Shown: positions 22,741-33,079 of the stretch, one piece after another | Numbering within the stretch: the stretch's first letter is position 1 | Layout: each line of letters opens with the position of its first letter | NCBI GenBank assembly: GCA_017464285.1 | Contig: JAFUDT010000013.1 | Coordinates: forward strand, 138,962 to 202,961 | Origin: Bacteroidales bacterium | GTDB taxonomy: Bacteria; Bacteroidota; Bacteroidia; Bacteroidales; UBA1402 | Reading direction: 5' to 3' | DNA length: 64,000 nucleotides | Made by a program: the position numbers and the translations under genes | The notes under the pieces: generated by a model | What the model was told of the DNA's origin: nothing | Seen by the model: only the letters and a program-made list of their open reading frames with translations | Databases searched by the model: none

Positions 22741-23574
22741 ATGAGTCAGTACTACTATCTGGTGTCAGGACTGCCGGACATCACACCGGAAGATGCCAAG
22801 CTCCCCTTGGGCTATACCGACTACCTCGGACAGCTGATGGAAAGCCTTTCCCGTCACGACAGAGGCCTGCTTTCGTATTTTCGCATGGGATACGAGATGC
22901 GCAACCTGCTCACGTGGCTCCGCGATCGGGAGGCTCCTCTGCATCCTCTCGGGCAGCTCACTAAGGAGGATTTTTACGAGCAGTTGCAGCTGATCGATTT
23001 CGAAGAACGCAGCCCTCTGCCGGGAGTGCCGGCCTTTTTCCTGAACTTTCTGCGTGAACGCTCCGAGGGGCTGATTGCCGAAGGACAGGAGGAAAACCGG
23101 TTGACGGCCCTCTTCTACGAACATGCCCGGTGCTGCTCAAATGGTTTTGTCCGCAACTGGTTTACTTTTGAGCAGACGCTCAACAACCTGCTCATTGCTC
23201 TTTCCTGCCGCAAATACGGCTGGGATGTCGAGTCTCAGCTCATCGGTGATACGGAAACAGAGCAGCAGTTGCGGTCGTCCTCAGCCCGTGATTTCGGTCT
23301 TGGACAGATTTTCCCCCAGGCCGAGACGGTAATCCGCCTTTCGGAGGAGGAAGACCTGCTCGAGAGAGAGAAAGGACTCGACCGCATCAAGTGGGACTAT
23401 CTCGACGAACTCTGCTCGACTTGTTATTTCTCGGTCGAGGTGCTGCTGTCGTATCTGGTCAAGATCCAGAGCCTTGAACGCTGGATCGAACTTGATCCGC
23501 GCAGCGGCGAAGAGAAGTTCCGCAGTCTGATAGCCTCGATGAAATCCTCCGTTCAACACAAAGAAGACAAATAA
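22741..23574 (+). CDS. DUF2764-type protein occupying the subunit C/d slot of Bacteroidota V-ATPase operons
   Basis: 277 aa. The position between E and A is the same as in other Bacteroidales V-ATPase operons. I recognised no catalytic motif. Confidence 0.65.
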   Translation: MSQYYYLVSGLPDITPEDAKLPLGYTDYLGQLMESLSRHDRGLLSYFRMGYEMRNLLTWLRDREAPLHPLGQLTKEDFYEQLQLIDFEERSPLPGVPAFFLNFLRERSEGLIAEGQEENRLTALFYEHARCCSNGFVRNWFTFEQTLNNLLIALSCRKYGWDVESQLIGDTETEQQLRSSSARDFGLGQIFPQAETVIRLSEEEDLLEREKGLDRIKWDYLDELCSTCYFSVEVLLSYLVKIQSLERWIELDPRSGEEKFRSLIASMKSSVQHKEDK

Positions 23575-23592
23575 TTTAAAACAAGAAGCATA

Positions 23593-25350
23593 ATGTCAAC
23601 AAAAGGAACTGTAAAAGGAATCATTTCCAACCTGGTCATTGTCACCGTTGACGGCCCGGTCAGCCAGAACGAGATCTGCTATATCAAGACAGGGCAGACC
23701 CGTCTCATGGCGGAGGTCATCAAGGTCATCGGGGCAGATGCCTATGTGCAGGTATTCGAGAGTACCCGTGGCCTGAAAGTGGGCAGCGAGGCTGAATTCT
23801 CCGGCCATATGCTGGAGGTAGCCCTGGGGCCGGGCCTGCTGTCGCGCAACCTGGACGGTCTGGAAAACGATTTGGATAAGATGCAGGGCGTCTTCCTGCG
23901 CCGTGGCGAATACACCTCGCCACTGGACGAGGACAAGCTCTGGCAATTCAAGGCTTTGGCCAAGGTGGGCGACACGGTGGCTGCCGCCGACTGGCTGGGC
24001 GAGGTCGATGAGAACTTCCAGCCTCATAAAATCATGGTGCCCTTTGTCTTTGAGGGCAGCTATACGGTCAAAAGCATCGTGCCTGACGGAGAGTATCGTA
24101 TCAACGACACCATTGCCGTGCTGACTGATGCCTCGGGCAAGGAGGTCGGCGTGACCATGGTACAGCACTGGCCCGTCAAGCGGGCCATCACCGCCTATCG
24201 GGAGAAACCCCGTCCCTTCCGTCTGCTGGAAACTGGTGTCCGTATCATTGACATTGCCAATCCGATCGTCGAGGGCGGTACGGGTTTTATCCCCGGCCCT
24301 TTCGGTACAGGTAAGACGGTGCTCCAGCATGCCATTTCCAAACAGGCCGAGGCCGACATTGTCATCATGGCAGCCTGCGGTGAACGTGCCAATGAGGTGG
24401 TGGAAATCTTCACCGAATTTCCCGAACTGGTCGACCCGCATACCGGCCGCAAGCTCATGGAACGTACCATCATCGTGGCCAATACGTCCAACATGCCGGT
24501 AGCTGCCCGTGAGGCATCTGTCTATACGGCCATGACCATTGCCGAGTATTATCGCTCGATGGGACTGAAAGTCCTGCTCATGGCCGACTCTACCTCCCGT
24601 TGGGCGCAGGCTTTGCGTGAGATGTCCAACCGCCTGGAGGAACTGCCCGGTCAGGATGCCTTCCCGATGGACCTTTCGGCTATTATTTCGGCTTTCTACG
24701 GCCGTGCCGGCTATGTCTTCCTCAATAATGGCCATACAGGCTCCATTACCTTCATCGGTACGGTGTCTCCGGCCGGCGGCAACCTGAAAGAGCCGGTCAC
24801 CGAGGGCACCAAGAAGGCAGCCCGCTGCTTCTATGCCTTGGAACAGGCTCGTGCCGACCGTAAGCGTTATCCCGCGGTCAATCCTATCGACTCCTATTCC
24901 AAGTATATTGAATACCCCGAATTTGAGGAATATATCTCCAAGCTGATATCACCCGACTGGATTCCCATGGTCAACGAGATGAAGACCCTCATGCAACGTG
25001 GCAAGGAAGTGCAGGAGCAGATCAATATCCTGGGTGACGACGGCGTACCCTTGGACTACCACCTGACGTTCTGGAAATCGGAGGTGGTCGATTTCGTCAT
25101 CCTTCAGCAGGATGCCTTCGACAAGGTGGACAGTGTCTGTCCCATTGAGCGTCAGCAGTATATGCTGCAGCTGGTCATCGGCATCACCCGCACCCAGTTC
25201 AAGTTTGACAGTTTCACCGAGGTGATGGATTATTTCAAACGCATGATCAACATCTTGCGTCAGATGAACTACAGTGAGTTCCAAAGCGACGATTTCAAAC
25301 GCTTCGAGCAGGAATTGGAGCAGATTATCAGCGAACGTGCAATCCGATAA
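23593..25350 (+). CDS. atpA: V-type ATP synthase catalytic subunit A
   Basis: 585 aa. Walker A GPFGTGKTVLQ, Walker B region VLLMADSTSRWAQALRE. Confidence 0.96.
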   Translation: MSTKGTVKGIISNLVIVTVDGPVSQNEICYIKTGQTRLMAEVIKVIGADAYVQVFESTRGLKVGSEAEFSGHMLEVALGPGLLSRNLDGLENDLDKMQGVFLRRGEYTSPLDEDKLWQFKALAKVGDTVAAADWLGEVDENFQPHKIMVPFVFEGSYTVKSIVPDGEYRINDTIAVLTDASGKEVGVTMVQHWPVKRAITAYREKPRPFRLLETGVRIIDIANPIVEGGTGFIPGPFGTGKTVLQHAISKQAEADIVIMAACGERANEVVEIFTEFPELVDPHTGRKLMERTIIVANTSNMPVAAREASVYTAMTIAEYYRSMGLKVLLMADSTSRWAQALREMSNRLEELPGQDAFPMDLSAIISAFYGRAGYVFLNNGHTGSITFIGTVSPAGGNLKEPVTEGTKKAARCFYALEQARADRKRYPAVNPIDSYSKYIEYPEFEEYISKLISPDWIPMVNEMKTLMQRGKEVQEQINILGDDGVPLDYHLTFWKSEVVDFVILQQDAFDKVDSVCPIERQQYMLQLVIGITRTQFKFDSFTEVMDYFKRMINILRQMNYSEFQSDDFKRFEQELEQIISERAIR

Positions 25351-25362
25351 AACTTGACATCC

Positions 25363-26685
25363 ATGGCAACAAAAGCATTTCAAAAGATTTATACCAAGAT
25401 TACCCAGATTACCAAGGCTACCTGTACGCTGAAAGCTACGAACGTGGGTTATGACGAACTGGCTACGGTCGATGGCAAGCTGGCCCAGGTGGTCAAGATC
25501 ATGGGCGAAGACATCACCTTGCAGGTGTTCGGTGGCACGGAAGGTCTGAGAACCAATGCCGAAGTGGTCTTTCTTGGCAAGGCACCTACCTTGCGTGTGG
25601 GAGATCAGCTTTCGGGCCGTTTCTTCAATGCCTTCGGCGATCCCATCGACGGAGGTCCCGTGCCCGAGGGCAGGGAAGTGGAGATCGGCGGTCCTTCGGT
25701 CAATCCCGTGCGGCGCAAGCAGCCCTCAGAGCTGATCGCCACAGGTATTGCCGGTATCGACCTGAACAATACCCTGGTGTCCGGCCAGAAGATCCCCTTC
25801 TTCGCCGATCCTGACCAGCCCTACAATCAGGTAATGGCCAACGTGGCCCTGCGCGCCCAGACCGACAAGATCATTCTGGGAGGCATGGGACTGACCAACG
25901 ACGACTATCTCTACTTCAAGAATGTATTCAGCAATGCCGGCGTGCTCGACCACATCGTCAGCTTTGTCAACACCACCGAAAACCCGCCTGTCGAGCGTCT
26001 GCTCATTCCCGACATGGCCCTGACGGCAGCAGAGTATTTCGCGGTCGAAAAGCATGAGAAGGTGCTGGTGCTGCTCACCGACATGACGCTCTATGCCGAT
26101 GCACTGTCGATTGTGTCCAACCGTATGGACCAGATTCCTTCCAAGGACTCGATGCCCGGCTCGCTGTATTCCGACCTGGCCAAGATTTACGAAAAAGCTG
26201 TGCAGTTCCCCGACGGAGGCTCTATCACGATTATTGCCGTGACCACGCTGTCGGGAGGCGACATCACCCATGCCATCCCCGACAATACGGGCTACATTAC
26301 CGAAGGTCAGCTTTATCTGCGCCGTGACAGCGATGTGGGCAAAGTCATCGTCGATCCCTTCCGTTCGCTGTCGCGTCTGAAACAGCTGGTGGCCGGCAAG
26401 AAGACCCGTGAGGATCATCCGCAGGTGATGAACGCCGCCGTCCGTCTGTATTCGGATGCGGCCAATGCCAAGACCAAGCTTGAAAACGGATTTGACCTGA
26501 GCGACTACGACGAGCGTGCCCTGGCTTTTGCCAAGGAGTATTCCAAGGAGATTCTGGCCGTCGATGTCAATCTGGACACCACCGAGATGCTGGATATGAC
26601 CTGGCGCATCATGGCCAGGAATTTCCGTGTCGAGGAACTGAATATCAAACAGCAGCTGGTTGACAAATATTTCCCGAAAAACTGA
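25363..26685 (+). CDS. atpB: V-type ATP synthase subunit B
   Basis: ORF 25354..26685 (TTG). The ATG at 25363 gives MATKAFQKIYTKI. B-subunit pattern ...LLTDMTLYADALSIVSN, SITIIAVTTLSGGDITHAIPDNTGYITEGQ. Confidence 0.95.
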   Translation: MATKAFQKIYTKITQITKATCTLKATNVGYDELATVDGKLAQVVKIMGEDITLQVFGGTEGLRTNAEVVFLGKAPTLRVGDQLSGRFFNAFGDPIDGGPVPEGREVEIGGPSVNPVRRKQPSELIATGIAGIDLNNTLVSGQKIPFFADPDQPYNQVMANVALRAQTDKIILGGMGLTNDDYLYFKNVFSNAGVLDHIVSFVNTTENPPVERLLIPDMALTAAEYFAVEKHEKVLVLLTDMTLYADALSIVSNRMDQIPSKDSMPGSLYSDLAKIYEKAVQFPDGGSITIIAVTTLSGGDITHAIPDNTGYITEGQLYLRRDSDVGKVIVDPFRSLSRLKQLVAGKKTREDHPQVMNAAVRLYSDAANAKTKLENGFDLSDYDERALAFAKEYSKEILAVDVNLDTTEMLDMTWRIMARNFRVEELNIKQQLVDKYFPKN

Positions 26686-27296
26686 TGGCCATTTCGTTTC
26701 AATACAACAAAACCTCCTTGCAGGGGCTGGAAAAACAGCTCAAGATGCGGGAACGCTCTCTGCCGACCATCAAGAACAAGGAGAGTGCGCTGCGTCTGGA
26801 AGTGAAACGTGCCAAGGACGAAGAAAAGGCTCTGGCTCAGGCGCTTGAAGACAACATCGTCCGCTACGAGGGCATGCATGCGCTCTGGAATGAGTTTGAC
26901 GGCTCCCTCCTGAGTGTCAGGGACGTGACGCTTTCCACCCGCAAAGTGGCCGGCACGCGGGTTCCGCAGCTCGATGAAGTGCTGTTCAGCCTCAAGCCCT
27001 ACAACATGTTCAACGCGCCCAAGTGGTATGCCGACGGTATCGCCCTGCTGCAGCAGTTGGCCCGTATCGGCATCGAGCACGATTTCTGTGTGCAGAAGCT
27101 GGAACTGCTGGAATACGCCCGCAAGAAGATTACCCAGAAGGTGAACCTTTTTGAAAAGGTCCAGATTCCCGGCTATCAGGATGCCATTCGTAAAATCAAG
27201 CGCTACATGGAGGATGAGGAAAATCTGGCCAAGTCTTCCCAGAAGATCGTCAAGACGCGTCAGAGCGCTCAAAAAGCAGAGGAGGGCAACCAATGA
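26685..27296 (+). CDS. atpD: V-type ATP synthase subunit D
   Basis: 203 aa coiled-coil protein. The start overlaps the atpB stop by 1 nt (TGATG). Confidence 0.9.
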   Translation: MAISFQYNKTSLQGLEKQLKMRERSLPTIKNKESALRLEVKRAKDEEKALAQALEDNIVRYEGMHALWNEFDGSLLSVRDVTLSTRKVAGTRVPQLDEVLFSLKPYNMFNAPKWYADGIALLQQLARIGIEHDFCVQKLELLEYARKKITQKVNLFEKVQIPGYQDAIRKIKRYMEDEENLAKSSQKIVKTRQSAQKAEEGNQ

Positions 27297-29167
27297 TCGT
27301 ACCTATGAACAAATACACCTTCGTGGTGTACCATCGCTACTATACGGATTTCCTGCAGCAGTTGCGCGAAACCGGCGTGTTGCATGTCAAGGAACGCAAG
27401 GAGGTGGATCTCTCGGAAAACGAAGATCTGCACCGGCGTCTGGAAGAAGACCGTCGCCTGAGCGCGGCTATCGGACAGCTTCGTGCCCTGGCTCCTGAAG
27501 GGGCAGACCTTGCTCCCGCCGACACCTCGCTGGACAGCATGGCGGCCCTGTCGCACATCGAAGAGCTGCTGCAGCGGCGGTCGGAGACAGAACAGAAGAT
27601 GCAGAGTCTGCGCAAGGAAATCGACGGCATGCAGCCCTGGGGCGATTTCGACTGGGATTTGGTCGAAAAGCTCCGTCAGGCCGGTTGCCGGACGGATTTC
27701 TTCACCTGCGGCAAGAGCGCCTTCCGCCCTGAGTGGGAACAGCAGTACCACGCAGTCGTCGTAGGTCAGACCAATGCCTCTGTCTGCTTTGTCACCTTCT
27801 CGCCCGACGGCCGGCGTCCCGATATTGAGGCCGATCAGGCCCGTCTGTCGGCCAGTTCGCTTTCCGAACTAAACAGCCGGCTGGAGGCCTTGGAAGCAGA
27901 ACGCCGTCAGCTCGGCCAGCAGTTGGAGGCCCTGTCCCTGTCACAGCTCCGCAGTCTGGAGCTGGCCCGGCGGCAGGTCAGCGACAACTACCAGTTCTCC
28001 AGAGTGCTCTGCGAGACGGCTCATGCGGCCGATGACAAAATCTGTGTCCTGGAGGGTTATGTTCCCCAGGACAAGGAAACGGCCCTGGCCTCCCTGCTTG
28101 AGAGTGCCCCCGTCTGGTATCAGAAGGAGAAAGCTCTCCCCGTAGAGCAGGAGGAGGTCCCTGTCAAGCTCAAAAACGGCCGTTTCGCCCGTCTGTTCGA
28201 GCCGCTGACCAAGCTATATTCTCTCCCCAGCTATTCCGAACTTGATCCTACGGCGGCTTTTGCTCCCTTCTTTACACTCTTTTTCGGTCTGTGTCTGGGC
28301 GACGGCGGCTACGGGCTGGTGGTCTTCCTGGCTGCCACCTGGGCCAAACGCAAGTTCCCCAAGCTCAGAAGCTATGCCGTTATGGGGCAGTGGTTGGGCC
28401 TTTCGACCATCCTCGTGGGACTGCTCACGGGCATGGTGTTCGGAGTCTCGCTCGATACGGTGGCATGGCCTTGGCTGGCCCGGGTCAAGCACCTGTTCAT
28501 CACCGACCGTAACTACAGCATCATGGGTTACAGTCCGATGATGGTCTTTGCCATCTGCATCGGCTTCTGCCAGATCCTGTTTGCCATGGGATTCAAGGTG
28601 GTCCGTATCTCGATGCAGCTCGGTCTCAAGTATGCCCTGAGCGATCTGGGCTGGCTCGTCCTGCTTATCGACATGCTGGCCTATCTGGTGCTCCGACTGG
28701 CCGGTGTGGCTGTTCCGCAGCCCCTGACCTATGTCATTTTGGGCATTGCCGCCGTATGCGCCGTGTTGATTTTCTTCTTCAACAGTCCTGGCAAGAATCC
28801 GCTTCTGCAGTTCGGCTCTGGGCTGTGGGGCACCTACAACATGGTGAGCGGTCTGCTGGGCGACGTGTTGTCCTATATCCGCCTGTTCGCCCTGGGACTG
28901 GCCGGCGGTATCCTGGGCAGCGTGTTCAACAGCCTGGCCTTCCAGGCCGGCGGAGCCCTGCCAGTCTGGATCGGCTGGCTGCCCACGGCTTTCATCCTGC
29001 TCTTCGGACACGGGCTGAATTTCTTCCTGTGCATCATCAGCTCTATCGTGCATCCCCTGCGACTGACCTATGTGGAGTTTTTCAAGAACTGCGGCTATGC
29101 CGGAGGAGGGAAGGAGTACCGTCCTTTCCGTCGGACGGCTGTGGCCGAGGAAGCGACCCAAAACTGA
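27293..29167 (+). CDS. atpI: V-type ATP synthase subunit I (a-subunit, stator/ion channel)
   Basis: 624 aa. Soluble coiled-coil N-half, multi-TM C-half with the conserved Arg context LSYIRLFALGLA. ATGA overlap with atpD. Confidence 0.9.
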   Translation: MIVPMNKYTFVVYHRYYTDFLQQLRETGVLHVKERKEVDLSENEDLHRRLEEDRRLSAAIGQLRALAPEGADLAPADTSLDSMAALSHIEELLQRRSETEQKMQSLRKEIDGMQPWGDFDWDLVEKLRQAGCRTDFFTCGKSAFRPEWEQQYHAVVVGQTNASVCFVTFSPDGRRPDIEADQARLSASSLSELNSRLEALEAERRQLGQQLEALSLSQLRSLELARRQVSDNYQFSRVLCETAHAADDKICVLEGYVPQDKETALASLLESAPVWYQKEKALPVEQEEVPVKLKNGRFARLFEPLTKLYSLPSYSELDPTAAFAPFFTLFFGLCLGDGGYGLVVFLAATWAKRKFPKLRSYAVMGQWLGLSTILVGLLTGMVFGVSLDTVAWPWLARVKHLFITDRNYSIMGYSPMMVFAICIGFCQILFAMGFKVVRISMQLGLKYALSDLGWLVLLIDMLAYLVLRLAGVAVPQPLTYVILGIAAVCAVLIFFFNSPGKNPLLQFGSGLWGTYNMVSGLLGDVLSYIRLFALGLAGGILGSVFNSLAFQAGGALPVWIGWLPTAFILLFGHGLNFFLCIISSIVHPLRLTYVEFFKNCGYAGGGKEYRPFRRTAVAEEATQN

Positions 29168-29200
29168 AGTAATACAGTAATTACAAACAAAACAATTTAA

Positions 29201-29659
<459 letters not shown>

Positions 29660-29754
29660 TCAAAGCGGGCTGTCGTCGGCCGGAAGGGCCTCGGCCCTCT
29701 GCCGGTATCCCGGAAAGCCTTAGACCCTGCGTCGGCGACATCTCCATGTAACAC

Positions 29755-29791
29755 GACATCCCATCCGGATTTTTCCGAGTGGGATGTCTTT
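29755..29791 (+). terminator. candidate terminator hairpin after the V-ATPase operon
   Basis: 9-bp stem gacatccca / tgggatgtc with a 16-nt loop, followed by only ttt. The U-tract is weak. Confidence 0.4.
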
Positions 29792-29827
29792 CCCTGAAAC
29801 AGCATCAAGTCACTAACGATTCGCCAC

Positions 29828-31018
29828 ATGAAGCAGAAAGTCGTCGTCGGATTGTCGGGCGGTGTGGATTCCAGCGTCGCAGCCTGGCTGCTCAAGGAGC
29901 AGGGCTACGAGGTGACGGGGGTCTATATGATCAACTGGAAGGACACCGAGGGGACGCTGTCGGGCTCCTGTCCTTACGAGGAGGATGTGCTGGTCGCCGA
30001 GCTGGTGGCCCGCAAACTGCAGATCCCGTTTCAGGTGGTCGATCTGAGCGACTCCTACCGCCGCCGGGTGGTGGACTATATGTTTTCGGAGTATGAGAAG
30101 GGGCGCACGCCCAATCCCGACGTACTCTGCAACCGCGAAATCAAGTTTGACGCCTTCTGGCAGACCGCCCGGGAGCTGGGGGCCGACCTGGTGGCCACCG
30201 GCCACTACTGCCGCTGCGACCAGGTGCGGGGAGAGGACGGACAGTCTTACTACCGCCTGCTGGCCGGCACGGACACCAACAAAGACCAGTCCTATTTCCT
30301 GTGCCAGTTGTCGCAGGAGCAGTTGTCGCATGCCCTGTTTCCCATCGGAGGCATGCTCAAGCCCGAAATTCGCCGCCTTGCTGCTCAGAAAGGTTTGGCG
30401 ACGGCCCAGAGGCGTGACTCGCAGGGCATCTGTTTCGTGGGCAAAGTGGATCTGCCGGTCTTCCTGCAGCAGCAGCTGGCAGCCAAGGAAGGCGATATTT
30501 ACGAGATCCCGGCCGATTTCAAGGCCTACGCCCGCAAGTATCCCGACGAGCTGCATGCCCGTTTGCAGAAGCTCTCGCAGCCCTATTACTACCGTCCCCG
30601 CGACGGCCGCCTGCTGGGCCGTCACCAGGGAGCCCATTTCTACACCGTCGGCCAGCGCAAGGGCCTGCATATCGGTGGCACGGAAAAGCCAATGTATATC
30701 ATAGCCACCGACATCGAAAGCAACTGTATCTACATGGGTCGGGGCGATGAACATCCCGGCCTCTACCGTCGCTCACTGTTCATCGCCTCCGATGAGATTC
30801 ACTGGATTCGTCCCGACAAGGCTTTGCAGGAGGGGGGACAGCGTGACTATGAGGTCCGTATCCGTTATCGCCAGCCTCTGCAGCAGGCCCGTCTCTATGC
30901 CTTTGAAGAGGGTATCTACATCGAGTTTGCCGAGCCTCAGAAGAGTATCACCGCCGGTCAGTTCGCCGCCTGGTATGACGGTGACGAACTCGTCGGCTCG
31001 GGGGTGATTCACGCCTGA
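29828..31018 (+). CDS. mnmA: tRNA 2-thiouridine(34) synthase
   Basis: PP-loop VVGLSGGVDSSVAA. Family-wide segments NPDVLCNREIKF, KDQSYFL and DSQGICFVG. Confidence 0.95.
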   Translation: MKQKVVVGLSGGVDSSVAAWLLKEQGYEVTGVYMINWKDTEGTLSGSCPYEEDVLVAELVARKLQIPFQVVDLSDSYRRRVVDYMFSEYEKGRTPNPDVLCNREIKFDAFWQTARELGADLVATGHYCRCDQVRGEDGQSYYRLLAGTDTNKDQSYFLCQLSQEQLSHALFPIGGMLKPEIRRLAAQKGLATAQRRDSQGICFVGKVDLPVFLQQQLAAKEGDIYEIPADFKAYARKYPDELHARLQKLSQPYYYRPRDGRLLGRHQGAHFYTVGQRKGLHIGGTEKPMYIIATDIESNCIYMGRGDEHPGLYRRSLFIASDEIHWIRPDKALQEGGQRDYEVRIRYRQPLQQARLYAFEEGIYIEFAEPQKSITAGQFAAWYDGDELVGSGVIHA

Positions 31019-31030
31019 AATTTTTTGCAC

Positions 31031-33079
31031 TCAGGGTTCCTGGAGGAATCTCAGGAAGTCGTCGGCGTTTTCACTGAAGGCAAACGACGGGGCCAGTGGT
31101 CGCCCGGCGGTGTCGAGAATGACATAGAAAGGCTGTGCATTGGCACCGAACTTGTGTCTCTGAAGATAGCTCCATTTGTCGCCGATGGTGCGCAGTTTGC
31201 GCTTTTGACCATATTCCTCGATCGTCAGTGACTCGGGCAGGGCAGTCTTGTCATCGACCATCAGGGAAATCAGCACGTAGTTTTTACGGATGCAGTCCTG
31301 GACGCGGGGGTCCTGCCAGACGGCATTCTCCATCTTGCGGCAGTTGACGCAGCCGTAGCCAGAGAAATCAATCAACACCTTTTTATTGTGTTCCCGAGCA
31401 TAGGCCACGCCTTGCTCATAATCGAGAAAATCGGCTTCCAGCTGTTCCCCGAAAAGCTTAATGGTCTGGGTGGACATGGGAGGAGAGAAGGCGCTGATGG
31501 ATTTGAGCGGGGCACCCAACAGACCTGGCACCAGATATAGGGCGAAGGCAAAGCAGAGCAGGGAAAGTGTCACCGGCAGGAAGCCTTTCCTGCGGCGGGT
31601 CTTGTCGTCGTGCGGGAAACGGATGATTCCTAGCAGGTACAGACCTGCGCACAGGGCTATGGCTATCCACAGCAACAGGAATACTTCGCGCGGCAGGATG
31701 CCCCAGCCGTAGGCCAGATCGGCCACCGACAGGAATTTCAGCGAGAATGCCAGCTCGAAGAAGCCCAGCAGTACTTTGACCGAATTGAGCCATCCTCCGC
31801 TTTTGGGCAGTGACTGCATCAAGTTGGGGAAAAGGGCAAACAGGCTGAAGGGCAGTGCCAGTGCCAGCGCGAAACCGCCCATGCCGACGGCCGGGCCTGT
31901 CAGGGAGCCTTGGGATGCGGCTTCGACCAGCAAGGTGCCGATAATGGGGCCGGTGCAGGAGAAGGAGACCAGCACCAGGGTGAAAGCCATGAAAAAGATA
32001 CTGAGCAGGCCCGAGGTACTGTCGGCCTTCATATCCATCTTGTTGGACCAGGAGGCTGGCAGGACTATTTCGAACAGCCCGAAGAAGGATAGGGCAAAGG
32101 CTACCAGCAGCAGGAAGAACAGCAGGTTGAACAGGGCGTTGGTGGCCAGGCTGTTCAGGGCACTGGCTCCGAAGATGAGCGTGATGCCCAGTCCCATGAG
32201 CAGGTAGATGACGATGATGGACAGTCCGTAGACGGCTGCATCCTGAACGGCTTTGCGACGGCTGCGGGTCCGTTTGAGGAAGAAACTGACAGTCATGGGA
32301 ATGATGGGCCATACACAAGGAGTGAGCAGGGCCAGCAGTCCGCCCAGGAATCCCAGCGCAAACAGCCGCCAGAGCGAACGGTCGGTGCCGCTGTGCGTGC
32401 CGTAGGCCTGCAGTTCTCCGATAACCGGGGTCCAGAGCTCAGGCTGGGGACTGAGGCCTTCCGGCAAACCGTCCTGTCCTGTGGCAGCCGCGGTGGCGGT
32501 CTGCAAGGGCGGTGTGCTGTTGCCGGGCAACAGGGCCTCCTCGTCCAGTTCGATTTCCAGGGTGTAGGGAGCCAGGCAGGTCTCATCGTTGCAGGCCATG
32601 AAGCGCAGGTAGCCCTTCATGCTGAACTTCCCGGGATCAGTGATATGAAGTGGCAGGAAAAACAGGGCCGTATCGGGGTACATGCGCAGTTGCATGCCGA
32701 AGACTTTGTCATAATAGCTCACCGGGGCCGTCAGGCTGCGCAAAGGGCCTCCCGGGCTGACCCCCTGCAACTCTTCCAGGACTATTTCGGTCGAATTGGG
32801 ACCGCCCTGGGGCAGGTTGATGTCGTACAGGTGCCAGGGCTGTGTGACACGGGCTTTTGCCAGCAGTCCCGTGTCCTGTCCGTCGGCCACGACTGCGACT
32901 GTCCAGCTGACAACGGAAACGGCTTCTATGGGCTGCTGCGCTTGCCCGAAGGAGAAGGGACGGGCTTCACTCCGGGCCGGAAAATTAAACGGCAGGGAGA
33001 GCAGGAGGAGGGTTGTCAGTGCCGGCAGCAGACTGCGGTGCAAAGGCCGGGACACGGTTTTCATGACGGAGGTCTTCAT
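31031..33079 (-). CDS. DsbD-family protein-disulfide reductase (N-domain + CcdA-like membrane core + C-terminal thioredoxin fold)
   Basis: ORF 31031..33139. The ATG at 33079 (MKTSVMKTV.., signal-like) overlaps the topB stop as ATGA. Membrane Cys in LLTPCVWPIIP and SFSCTGPIIG. C-terminal CXXC GYGCVNCRKME. Confidence 0.85.
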   Translation of the reverse strand: MKTSVMKTVSRPLHRSLLPALTTLLLLSLPFNFPARSEARPFSFGQAQQPIEAVSVVSWTVAVVADGQDTGLLAKARVTQPWHLYDINLPQGGPNSTEIVLEELQGVSPGGPLRSLTAPVSYYDKVFGMQLRMYPDTALFFLPLHITDPGKFSMKGYLRFMACNDETCLAPYTLEIELDEEALLPGNSTPPLQTATAAATGQDGLPEGLSPQPELWTPVIGELQAYGTHSGTDRSLWRLFALGFLGGLLALLTPCVWPIIPMTVSFFLKRTRSRRKAVQDAAVYGLSIIVIYLLMGLGITLIFGASALNSLATNALFNLLFFLLLVAFALSFFGLFEIVLPASWSNKMDMKADSTSGLLSIFFMAFTLVLVSFSCTGPIIGTLLVEAASQGSLTGPAVGMGGFALALALPFSLFALFPNLMQSLPKSGGWLNSVKVLLGFFELAFSLKFLSVADLAYGWGILPREVFLLLWIAIALCAGLYLLGIIRFPHDDKTRRRKGFLPVTLSLLCFAFALYLVPGLLGAPLKSISAFSPPMSTQTIKLFGEQLEADFLDYEQGVAYAREHNKKVLIDFSGYGCVNCRKMENAVWQDPRVQDCIRKNYVLISLMVDDKTALPESLTIEEYGQKRKLRTIGDKWSYLQRHKFGANAQPFYVILDTAGRPLAPSFAFSENADDFLRFLQEP

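Noticed and set aside
23596-24735. 379-aa minus-strand ORF opposite atpA. Similar antisense ORFs lie opposite atpB, atpD and atpI.
   Set aside because: The + strand encodes textbook V-ATPase subunits. The antisense frames have no motifs.
29667-29690. A shared GC-rich core after the atpK stop (GGGCTGTCGTCGGCCGGAAGGGCC) and after the tyrA stop at 54369..54390 (GGGCTGTCTTCGGAAGGCCGGG). I considered a REP-like intergenic repeat family.
   Set aside because: There are only two copies, about 20 nt long, with an indel and different predicted hairpins. That is too little to separate from chance similarity between GC-rich terminator-like hairpins without a genome-wide count.
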